Source of the DNA: an uncultured SAR116 cluster alpha proteobacterium
GTDB taxonomy: Bacteria > Pseudomonadota > Alphaproteobacteria > Puniceispirillales > GCA-002684695
Assembly: GCA_902612965.1 (NCBI GenBank)
Contig: CACMFN010000002.1
Span: forward strand, 30,456-94,455
Reading direction: 5' to 3'
Length of the DNA stretch: 64,000 nucleotides
The first letter of the stretch is position 1, and the number at the start of each line of letters is the position of its first letter. Made by a program: the position numbers and the translations under genes. Shown here piece by piece: positions 18,874 through 27,269 of this stretch. The notes under the pieces are model-generated. The model had not been told where the DNA came from, ran no database searches, and saw nothing but the letters and a program-made list of their open reading frames with translations.

Positions 18874-21324
18874 ATGCGAAAACAAGATATTGAAAATCAG
18901 GAACATCGCTACCTTAACAGGTCTTTGTGGGCTAATTTACAATCACTAAAATCCACAGTTTCATTTATGCAAACTGGTGCTCATCCTGATGATGAAACTA
19001 GTCGTCTTCTTGCTAAGTTATCTCTTGGTGAGGGTTATCACGTGTCTTATGTAAACGCAGTAAGGGGCCAGGGCGGCCAGAACAGCATTGGTCCTGAGAG
19101 AGATGACAATTTAGGTGCGTTGCGAACTTATGAATTACTAAAAGCTATGTCAGTATTAAGAGTTGATATTGGATGGCTTGCTGATAATAGAAATAATAGT
19201 ATTTTTGACTTTGGTTTATCTAAATCAGCAGAGGAAACATTTGAATTTTGGGATAAAAATTATACCATTAAAAGAATGATCAGAATGGTCAGAGCTTATA
19301 AACCTGACATAATTATACCTACCTTTTTAGATGTTAATGGCCAACATGGACACCACAGATCTATAACAAGAGCTACTATTGAAGCATATGATAAATCTAA
19401 TGATCCAGAGATGTTTCCAGATGACAATTTTAGCCCTTGGAAAATATCTCAGATATTTCTACCTGCTTGGAGTGGGGGTGGAGGTTCCTATGACGATGAG
19501 GAAGATCCACCAAAGGCAACACATTCTATAGATGTTGGTAATTTTAATCACATGTATGGTGGAACATATAATCAAATTGGTGAGTGGTCTCGCTCATATC
19601 ATGCTACTCAAAATATTGGGAAATTAGCTTATGAAGACAAAATGGAAGTCCCCCTTCACTTGCTTAAAGGTACATATGTTGATGGAGATATCACAGGTGG
19701 TTTAATACCAAAGAATTTTCTTGAACTTTCAAATTTTGCAATAAATGTAAATGGAAAAAAGATACTTCGAGAATGCCATAAACTTGCTAATGATGCCATT
19801 GAAAACTTTAGCAAACCTGAGCACTTAGTCTCTTCTTTGTGCAAACTAAAAAACTTATTAGACACAAAAGAACCTTTACTTACCGAGAATCATTCTCATA
19901 GAATTATTCTGAAACAGAAACAGTGCTCATCAGCGATGGTTGATTGTATAGCTCTATTGCCAGATCTAAATTTTACTCATGATATTCATTATACAGGAGG
20001 AAATATTGAAGCAAATTTATCAATACATAAAAATGAAAATTTTAAAATAACTGATATTGAACATGAAATTATAGCTCCTTTCAATACTGACTTAAAGTTT
20101 TCAAATGAGAACAAATTGGCATCTAATAGAATTAACTACTTTTATAAAGGATTAATAAATCAGAAAGAGAGTTATCAGGATCTTTATCAAGAATGGCATG
20201 GAATTGCTCTTGAACCTAATTGTGTCCACGCAAAGCTAAATTTTAATGTTAATGACACTTCCTTCTCAACAAATGTAATGCCTAAAAATAATTTTGCCAT
20301 TATCCCAGATATTATTGGGTCTTTAGAAAATGATAAAATAATTAATTTAATAAAGGGGGGTAAAAAAAGTAATGATTTAACAAAATTACCAATAAAATTT
20401 CTCATTAAAAAATATTCTCCTGGCCCTGCTAAATTAATACTCAATATCCCAGACAATTGGGTTTGTAGTAATACGTCTTTTAAATTGGAAGACAATCATA
20501 ATTTTGAAACAACTCCATTCAATTCTGAAATACATATACCATCACAAATTAGTGAAGGTGTAGAGAAACTATATATTACTTCTGAAAATGATAAAATTTT
20601 GGGAACATCTGTATTTGGTTATAGCCATACTGGAGAAATAAGTCTTGAAGACAAGTGTGAACTATCAATACTTAATTTAATAAGCCAAGATTTAAAAGGC
20701 ATCAAAATCGGCTGGATAGACGGCTACGCAGACAAAGCCTGGAAATGGGCAAGAATGCTTGATGCAGATGTTCACCTACTCTCTGATGAAGAGATTATTT
20801 CTGAAGACTTTTCTAAGTTTGATACAATAGTTTCAGGTGTTTTTGCAGGTGCTTCTAGGCCAATTCATAAAGTATTTAATAAGATAAATAAATGGATAGA
20901 AAATGGTGGAAACTATGTAACTGAATACCAAAGGCCACAAGACAACTGGAACGAGAAACTGAGTGGCCCCTATTTTTTAAAAATAGGAAGCCCGTCAATA
21001 AGGTGGCGAGTAACCAACCCTTCAGCTGAAGTTGGTTTTTTAGACTCTAACCATCCAATACTAAACTTTCCTAACAAAATTTCCTCAAAAGATTTTAATA
21101 ATTGGATAAAAGAGAGGGGATTATATTTTGCCTCTAGTTGGGATGAAAAATATAAGCCATTATTTATGATGTCTGATGATAATGAGCAGCCTTTATTTGG
21201 AGGTTTATTGGCTGCAGATTACGGATCTGGCAGACATATACATTGCGCTCTAAATCTTTTTTATCAAATGGATAATTTGGTGCCAGGGGCTTTTAGAATT
21301 TTTGTAAACATTCTGAAAAAATAA
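18874..21324 (+). CDS. Large PIG-L/LmbE family metal-dependent deacetylase/amidase
   Basis: GAHPDDE, RGQGGQN and HGHH motifs; C-terminal region with WIKERGLYF; no signal peptide. Confidence 0.88.
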   Translation: MRKQDIENQEHRYLNRSLWANLQSLKSTVSFMQTGAHPDDETSRLLAKLSLGEGYHVSYVNAVRGQGGQNSIGPERDDNLGALRTYELLKAMSVLRVDIGWLADNRNNSIFDFGLSKSAEETFEFWDKNYTIKRMIRMVRAYKPDIIIPTFLDVNGQHGHHRSITRATIEAYDKSNDPEMFPDDNFSPWKISQIFLPAWSGGGGSYDDEEDPPKATHSIDVGNFNHMYGGTYNQIGEWSRSYHATQNIGKLAYEDKMEVPLHLLKGTYVDGDITGGLIPKNFLELSNFAINVNGKKILRECHKLANDAIENFSKPEHLVSSLCKLKNLLDTKEPLLTENHSHRIILKQKQCSSAMVDCIALLPDLNFTHDIHYTGGNIEANLSIHKNENFKITDIEHEIIAPFNTDLKFSNENKLASNRINYFYKGLINQKESYQDLYQEWHGIALEPNCVHAKLNFNVNDTSFSTNVMPKNNFAIIPDIIGSLENDKIINLIKGGKKSNDLTKLPIKFLIKKYSPGPAKLILNIPDNWVCSNTSFKLEDNHNFETTPFNSEIHIPSQISEGVEKLYITSENDKILGTSVFGYSHTGEISLEDKCELSILNLISQDLKGIKIGWIDGYADKAWKWARMLDADVHLLSDEEIISEDFSKFDTIVSGVFAGASRPIHKVFNKINKWIENGGNYVTEYQRPQDNWNEKLSGPYFLKIGSPSIRWRVTNPSAEVGFLDSNHPILNFPNKISSKDFNNWIKERGLYFASSWDEKYKPLFMMSDDNEQPLFGGLLAADYGSGRHIHCALNLFYQMDNLVPGAFRIFVNILKK

Positions 21325-21342
21325 ATATTTAGAAACTGTATT

Positions 21343-22200
21343 GTGTCAATAAAGGATAATAATTTTAACGGCCTTTACTGGCTGATATTTAATGAACTTT
21401 TTTTGATTGTTCATATTATTCTAATAAAGACACTCGTAGCAGATTTACCGATATTTCAGATTGTTTTTATGCGCTCTATTTCAAGCTCAGTTATTCTAAT
21501 TCCAATACTATTCTCTACAGGCAGACAAAAAAATATTTTTTCTAATCTAGGAGTAAATCTATTAAGGGTAGTGTTATCTTTTTTAGCTATATCTATTCAA
21601 TTTTTTACAATATCCAATATTCAATTAGCACAAGTAAGCACAATTGGTTACTTAAGACCAAGTATAATGAGTATCTTTGCGTACTTTATTTTAAGTGAAA
21701 AACAGTCAAAAGGTAGATGGCTTGTTTTAATAATTGGTTTTTTATCAATTTTATTAGTTTTTTCACCAGAAAATCAATCAATTCAGCTAGTTGCTTTAAT
21801 AGCATTATTGGGAACATGTTGTGGCGCTTTATCGACAATTGTCCAAAAGTATCTATCAAAAAGCTTTTCTGAAATACAACTGATGACCTGGTATTCACTT
21901 GGGATTTCTTTTCTATCGCTGCCTTTTTGCCTTTATTTTTGGGTAGACATTTCTTTTAAAGAAACGTTGTTCATGATTTCAACAGGATTACTAGCAACAA
22001 GTGCACAATATTTTTATATTCGGGCTTTTAAGCTTTCTCAAGCCTCTTTCCTCGCACCAATTCAATACTTCCATATAATTCCAGTTTTGATTATAGGCTA
22101 CGTAATTTTTCTTGAAGTGCCAAGTATTCAAACACTTATAGGGGCATTAATAATTATTTTATCTTTAATTGGTTTACTGATTTGGGAAAAGAATAGATAA
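21343..22200 (+). CDS. EamA/DMT family transporter
   Basis: About 10 TM segments, QIVFMRS, ILSEK, ASFLAPIQY, FLEVP. Confidence 0.88.
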   Translation: MSIKDNNFNGLYWLIFNELFLIVHIILIKTLVADLPIFQIVFMRSISSSVILIPILFSTGRQKNIFSNLGVNLLRVVLSFLAISIQFFTISNIQLAQVSTIGYLRPSIMSIFAYFILSEKQSKGRWLVLIIGFLSILLVFSPENQSIQLVALIALLGTCCGALSTIVQKYLSKSFSEIQLMTWYSLGISFLSLPFCLYFWVDISFKETLFMISTGLLATSAQYFYIRAFKLSQASFLAPIQYFHIIPVLIIGYVIFLEVPSIQTLIGALIIILSLIGLLIWEKNR

Positions 22201-22232
22201 TAAACAAAGAATAATTGATCATTGGAGATTTA

Positions 22233-22673
22233 ATGTTTTACCTGCACACTATGGTACGAATTACAAATGAAGAAGAGTCACTAAAATTTTATTGTGATAT
22301 CCTGGGGATGGAACTAGCTAGGAAAGTTGAAAGTGAAAAAGGAAGATATACTAACTATTTTCTACATGCTCCTGAGGATAAAGATAATTATCATTCCAAA
22401 AAGGCACCAGCTTTAGAATTAACTTATAATTGGGACCCAGAGGACTATACAGGAGGTAGAAATTTTGGTCACCTTGCTTACAGAGTAGACAATATCTATG
22501 ACTATTGTCAAAAATTAATGGATTATGGAGTAGAAATAAATAGACCACCGAGAGATGGCAACATGGCATTTATTAAATCTCCTGATGGCATTTCTATTGA
22601 ATTATTGCAAAATGGTGATCCATTAGAAATAAAAGAACCATGGTCATCAATGAAAAATATTGGCACTTGGTAA
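22233..22673 (+). CDS. gloA: Lactoylglutathione lyase (glyoxalase I, VOC family)
   Basis: YLHTMVR, LELTYNW, FGHLAY, INRPPRDG, SPDGISIEL; GGAG before ATG 22233. Confidence 0.88.
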   Translation: MFYLHTMVRITNEEESLKFYCDILGMELARKVESEKGRYTNYFLHAPEDKDNYHSKKAPALELTYNWDPEDYTGGRNFGHLAYRVDNIYDYCQKLMDYGVEINRPPRDGNMAFIKSPDGISIELLQNGDPLEIKEPWSSMKNIGTW

Positions 22674-22737
22674 AATTAACCATATTGAGTTAACTTAAAT
22701 TTAATAAATTAATTCAATTACTTAAAAGAGATTTATT

Positions 22738-23253
22738 TTGAAAGAATTTGTTAGAACAATTAAAGACTACCCAATAAAAGGCATTCAATTTAGAGACATA
22801 ACCACACTATTGCAACGAGCAGATTTATTTCATGACTTAATTGATGAAATGACAAAACCTTGGGAAAATAAAAATATTGATGCAATTGTAAGCATTGAAG
22901 CAAGAGGTTTTATTATGGCAGGAGCAATAGCCTATAAATTAAATACTGCGTTTATTCCAATGCGTAAGCCTGATAAATTACCTGCTGAAACATTTAAAGT
23001 AAAATTTGATTTAGAATATGGTTCAACTGAAATGCACCTTCATAAGGACGCCCTTGACAACCATCAAAATATTTTAATAATTGATGACTTGCTTGCGACT
23101 GGCGGAACTGCTGTAGGAGCTGTTAAGCTTATTAATATGTTTGAAAACAAAAATATTGTTGGTGCGGGGTTTATAATAAATCTACCTGAATTAAAAGGTG
23201 AAGAAATTTTGAATAAAATGGGTATAAAAACTCACTCACTTATGGAATTTTAA
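22738..23253 (+). CDS. apt: Adenine phosphoribosyltransferase
   Basis: GIQFRDITTLL, EARGF, RKPDKLP, LEYG, DDLLATGGT. Confidence 0.97.
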   Translation: MKEFVRTIKDYPIKGIQFRDITTLLQRADLFHDLIDEMTKPWENKNIDAIVSIEARGFIMAGAIAYKLNTAFIPMRKPDKLPAETFKVKFDLEYGSTEMHLHKDALDNHQNILIIDDLLATGGTAVGAVKLINMFENKNIVGAGFIINLPELKGEEILNKMGIKTHSLMEF

Positions 23254-23456
23254 ATTTTAGCCTTTGAAAAGTCTTTATGGTATAGCCTGTGTAATTCAAG
23301 GGCTAGTTCCATAGCTGGATGATCCACTCTTACAGATGCCTGCCCTAGTAACCCACTAATAGCTTCTTGCTCAGTCAAACCCATTGAAACTAAATCTGAT
23401 ATAGCTATTGAAAAAACGTCTAATATTGCCTGAGCATGATTTGGAGATGAATACAT
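23250..23456 (-). CDS. Hypothetical 68-aa protein
   Basis: Fills an otherwise empty gap; ATG start with upstream AGGA; no recognised family. Confidence 0.55.
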   Translation of the reverse strand: MYSSPNHAQAILDVFSIAISDLVSMGLTEQEAISGLLGQASVRVDHPAMELALELHRLYHKDFSKAKI

Positions 23457-23591
23457 ATTGTGGGGATCCTTTTATCTTTTTATTATTAAAGGCTATGAGC
23501 AAGATCAATGCCATTAAATAACAAAATTAAAATTTTACTCTTTTAATATTTATCCGTTATATATAGAGAAATAATTTTCAAAATTTGCGTT

Positions 23592-23888
23592 ATGTGCCAC
23601 AAATATAAATATATTTTTTTAGTACTATTTTTATTTAAAGCTAACACATCGTTAGCACAATCAGTCTCATCAAATGTAACAATTATCTCATCACCAGAAA
23701 AAACGGTGGCTGCAAGTGCACAAAGTGGGGCAAATACTCTACAAGTGATAAACTCTTATGGTCTAGGTCTAACTTCAACTATAAACTTAAGTTGGCTTTC
23801 ACTGGCATTAGGCTTGGCTGTGGCTTCTGTGTGGGATGGAGAAAGTGGAGGTAGTAATAATTCTACTTCAACATCAACTACTAATTAG
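23592..23888 (+). CDS. Hypothetical exported or membrane-anchored small protein
   Basis: Signal peptide ending SLA|Q, C-terminal hydrophobic helix, Ser/Thr tail STSTSTTN. Confidence 0.6.
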   Translation: MCHKYKYIFLVLFLFKANTSLAQSVSSNVTIISSPEKTVAASAQSGANTLQVINSYGLGLTSTINLSWLSLALGLAVASVWDGESGGSNNSTSTSTTN

Positions 23889-23889
23889 T

Positions 23890-24444
23890 TTATCCAAATA
23901 ACTCTATCTCCAGAGCATTAATAAGCTTGGAACTTTCAGGTTTTGTCATTGATGAAAAAAAGTTTACAGGAATACCGTTCTTATCAATAATATATTTATA
24001 AAAATTCCACTTGGGAGAACTACGTGATCCCAAATTCTTTTCTATATATTTAAATAGAGGATGAGCATTTTCTCCCCTAACATTACTTGTTTCTGTCATT
24101 ATGAAATCTACATTAAAGTTAACTTCACAAAAGTTTTTAACTTCAGTATTTGTTTTAGCCTCTTGATTAAAGTCATTAGACGGCACTCCAATAACTACAA
24201 GTCCATCTTTTCTGTATTTGTTCCAAATATTTTGTAATCCAGTAAACTGTCTTGTAAAGCCGCAAAATGATGCAGTGTTTACAACAAGGAATGTTTTATC
24301 CCTATAATTTTCCAAAGAAATTTTATTACCATCGATAGAATTAAATTTAATATCATAAAATTCGTCTACAGAAATTTTTGCATTAGTTTGTAAGGCAGCA
24401 AACATAATAATTGTTCCAAAGATAAGATTTAAAAATAAATTCAT
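23890..24444 (-). CDS. Glutathione peroxidase family protein (Cys type, with signal peptide)
   Basis: VNTASFCGFT, PSNDFNQE, WNFYKY. Confidence 0.93.
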   Translation of the reverse strand: MNLFLNLIFGTIIMFAALQTNAKISVDEFYDIKFNSIDGNKISLENYRDKTFLVVNTASFCGFTRQFTGLQNIWNKYRKDGLVVIGVPSNDFNQEAKTNTEVKNFCEVNFNVDFIMTETSNVRGENAHPLFKYIEKNLGSRSSPKWNFYKYIIDKNGIPVNFFSSMTKPESSKLINALEIELFG

Positions 24445-24495
24445 TTTAGAGAGATAGTATTGATTTTAAATAAATCCAGCTTTAAGATAATTTTT

Positions 24496-24756
24496 TTAAT
24501 TTTTGCGAGGATTTGAAGCTCTTCTTAAAGCAAAATTTTCTTCTCTTTTTGCTAGCATTTCTTCTCGTTTTCCTAAAGCAAGACAATCAGGGCAAACACA
24601 TTCACCAGCTAAATCCCAACTCTCAAGTAAATTAGGCGAGTGATGGCACCAGCAACTTCCAGGTGGACCTGAAGTACAAACAAATTCAGCACCACATTTT
24701 ATACATTTCAGATCTTTGTTCCTGACTTCATTATTTTTGTTATAAGCTTTTGTCAC
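24496..24756 (-). CDS. Cysteine-rich CWC family protein
   Basis: CxxC...C...CWC...CxCxxC pattern. Confidence 0.8.
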   Translation of the reverse strand: MTKAYNKNNEVRNKDLKCIKCGAEFVCTSGPPGSCWCHHSPNLLESWDLAGECVCPDCLALGKREEMLAKREENFALRRASNPRKN

Positions 24757-25606
24757 TTTTTTTTAAATTAACCTCAGATTTTTTCCAAATATCTTCAATC
24801 CACAATTTAATTTTTAATGCTTCCTCCCATCGATTGGATAATTCTTTTCCATTTTTATCCGTCATCGCATACTCAGGAGGTCCTAATTCACATAAAAAAT
24901 AACAAGTTCCTTCTGAATTTCTTAGACGCCATTTTTCAATGCCTTCATACCACCAATCTTTAAAAAGATTAACCCATTTCTGATGCTGTGGAAAGTCAAT
25001 TTGTAGTTGAATTTGCTGCCTACTTGCTACACGCCCTTGAAAACTATCTGACCTATCTAAAATTCTTGAAATCATTCCCAAGTCTCTTTCTGAAAGTGGA
25101 TACCAGAATTCTCTATCTACAACATAGTGAGAAAGATCTGAACACATTCTCATTTCAGGAATTGCATCAAGCAATTGAAGTGTTGAATAAAGATCATTTG
25201 TAATGCAATTGCGGTGTGTTTCAAATTGGATAGGGATACCAATTTTATCAGCCATATCAATCCACTTTCTTATTACTGGAATCATACCATCAACTGATAT
25301 TGGCATAACTTGCCCAATCACATTAATAAAAGGTGAACCAAAATCTTTAGCCATTTTCATAGTGTCATTTAGAGAATTAATAGTTTTTGGGAAAGCTACT
25401 ATTAATGGTGTAAGGCCAATTTTTTCCATAAGCGGTTGTAATTCAAATGCTTTTTTAACATCTGAAGCACCTAGGTCTATAGCCATACCATTATAACCAG
25501 CTTCAAAGACTAGCTCACATATTTTTTCATCAGGCAGTTTATTACCTGTATCATCGTGAGGCGACATTGCCCAATAAGAAGTGAAAACTTCTAATTTTTG
25601 TTGCAA
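24740..25606 (-). CDS. Xylose isomerase-like TIM-barrel protein (sugar phosphate isomerase/epimerase family)
   Basis: ETHR, DLSHY, GRVA and CELGPP metal-binding-type motifs. Confidence 0.75.
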   Translation of the reverse strand: MQQKLEVFTSYWAMSPHDDTGNKLPDEKICELVFEAGYNGMAIDLGASDVKKAFELQPLMEKIGLTPLIVAFPKTINSLNDTMKMAKDFGSPFINVIGQVMPISVDGMIPVIRKWIDMADKIGIPIQFETHRNCITNDLYSTLQLLDAIPEMRMCSDLSHYVVDREFWYPLSERDLGMISRILDRSDSFQGRVASRQQIQLQIDFPQHQKWVNLFKDWWYEGIEKWRLRNSEGTCYFLCELGPPEYAMTDKNGKELSNRWEEALKIKLWIEDIWKKSEVNLKKSDKSL

Positions 25607-25608
25607 GT

Positions 25609-26592
25609 TTATTCAGCAGGCACTCTAACTTCAGTGCCGTCCTTTCTTGATACAACCCATACTTCGTTCATGGGCCATTGACTTTCATCTTTTTGCCAAA
25701 GCCTTTTTATGACTTCAATTTGAAATTCAAAGTAGCCCATACTGTAAACATTTCCTGATTTTTTTTCTATTTTTGAATTAAGCTCTTTTAACTTCCAAAA
25801 AGGCACTGATGGAAAAGTATGGTGTGCAGTGTGGTAAGGCATTTGCCAGCATAACCATTTCATCAAAAAGTTTGTTCTAGTTGAACGAGTGTTTTGAAGA
25901 ATGTCTTTTTTGTGTGTTAAACCGAGATGCTCAATAGTATTTTGCATTTGATGAATTGGCTTTGTAATTAGCATTGGGAGTATCCAAAAAGTTAAAGCAG
26001 CCCAACTGTTAAAGTATAAAGATAAAATAAAAATTATAAGATAACCAAAAACATGCAATCTAGATTCTAAAATTACCTTTTTATATTCAGTCGAATTGAT
26101 GTAAGGCTCGATTACAACACCTCTTGCCCTCCTTAATATGCCAACAATTCTGTTACGCCAATATGTTACACCCCAAAACCATAAAAGATATGTTTTAATG
26201 GTAAATGGTTCTCTAACTAATTCACCATCTTTTTCCCAGTCTTGTGTCCATTTGTGATGAGCAAAATGCATAATTTGATCAAAATCTCTTGGAAAGAGCA
26301 TAAAAAATCCAATTATTCTTCCAAAAAATTCATTCAACTTAAATGTTTTAAATACAGTCCCATGACTTAATTCGTGTTGACCAGCATAAAGAAAATTTAT
26401 CAACACACCTAAAGCGAAACCAGAAGCAAGCGACCACCAAGAATATATTAATTTGTAATGTAAAACACTTATTAAGAGGATAGCAATAAGATGACTAAAC
26501 AGTTGAAAAAAACCCATAAAGTTAGATTTTTCATTTAGCCTTCTCAATTCGCTTGGTTCAATTAGTTCTCGCCGTGAAAAATTTTCCTGCAT
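25609..26592 (-). CDS. Membrane di-iron fatty acid desaturase-family oxygenase (MocD-like)
   Basis: His boxes HELSH, HFAHH, EHLG, HTAHH; NTRST; PSVPFWKL. Confidence 0.85.
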   Translation of the reverse strand: MQENFSRRELIEPSELRRLNEKSNFMGFFQLFSHLIAILLISVLHYKLIYSWWSLASGFALGVLINFLYAGQHELSHGTVFKTFKLNEFFGRIIGFFMLFPRDFDQIMHFAHHKWTQDWEKDGELVREPFTIKTYLLWFWGVTYWRNRIVGILRRARGVVIEPYINSTEYKKVILESRLHVFGYLIIFILSLYFNSWAALTFWILPMLITKPIHQMQNTIEHLGLTHKKDILQNTRSTRTNFLMKWLCWQMPYHTAHHTFPSVPFWKLKELNSKIEKKSGNVYSMGYFEFQIEVIKRLWQKDESQWPMNEVWVVSRKDGTEVRVPAE

Positions 26593-26671
26593 ATTTTTAC
26601 CATCAATGAATTATTTTAATCTTTATAATTAATACTATATTATATTATTTAATGTAAATTTCTAAAAAAAA

Positions 26672-27262
26672 ATGAATAATTTATTTTTAAAAGTATCAAT
26701 TTTATCTGCTTCTATTTTATTAATCATAGCCTTAATAACATATTTTAAAATTGATGAAGTTTCAAAAAAAAATGATTTGAAGTTTGACACTCCATTTAAT
26801 CTCACATCACATAAAGGTGAAAAAATTTCTGAAAAGATACTTTCTTCCAGACCAACTATTGTATTTTTTGGTTTTACGCATTGTCCCGAGGTTTGTCCAA
26901 CAACCTTATATGAGATTTCTTCTTGGATTGATGAAATAAAACTATCAAAGGAACAGATTCAAGTGTTGTTTATTTCACTTGATCCTAAAAGAGACACAGT
27001 CCAAAAATTAGAGGAGTACTTATCAAACTTTGATGAAACCTTTAAAGGCCTCACAGGTGATGAAAATGAAATACTTAAATTAGCAAATTCTTGGGGTATA
27101 TACAGGAAAATTGTATCTACAGACGATGATTACACTATTGACCACACATCTACAATATTTCTAATTAATCAAAACTTTTATTTAAAAGGTACTATAGCAT
27201 ATAGAGAACATTCAGATGTAGCCATAGCCAAAATCAAAAACCTTATCAAAGAAAACCAATAG
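26672..27262 (+). CDS. SCO1/SenC copper chaperone
   Basis: FGFTHCPEVCP, DPKRDT, YTIDH; N-terminal TM. Confidence 0.95.
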   Translation: MNNLFLKVSILSASILLIIALITYFKIDEVSKKNDLKFDTPFNLTSHKGEKISEKILSSRPTIVFFGFTHCPEVCPTTLYEISSWIDEIKLSKEQIQVLFISLDPKRDTVQKLEEYLSNFDETFKGLTGDENEILKLANSWGIYRKIVSTDDDYTIDHTSTIFLINQNFYLKGTIAYREHSDVAIAKIKNLIKENQ

Positions 27263-27269
27263 ATTATAA

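Noticed and set aside
23890..24444. Possible selenoprotein glutathione peroxidase
   Set aside because: Active-site residue is Cys (TASFCG); no in-frame TGA
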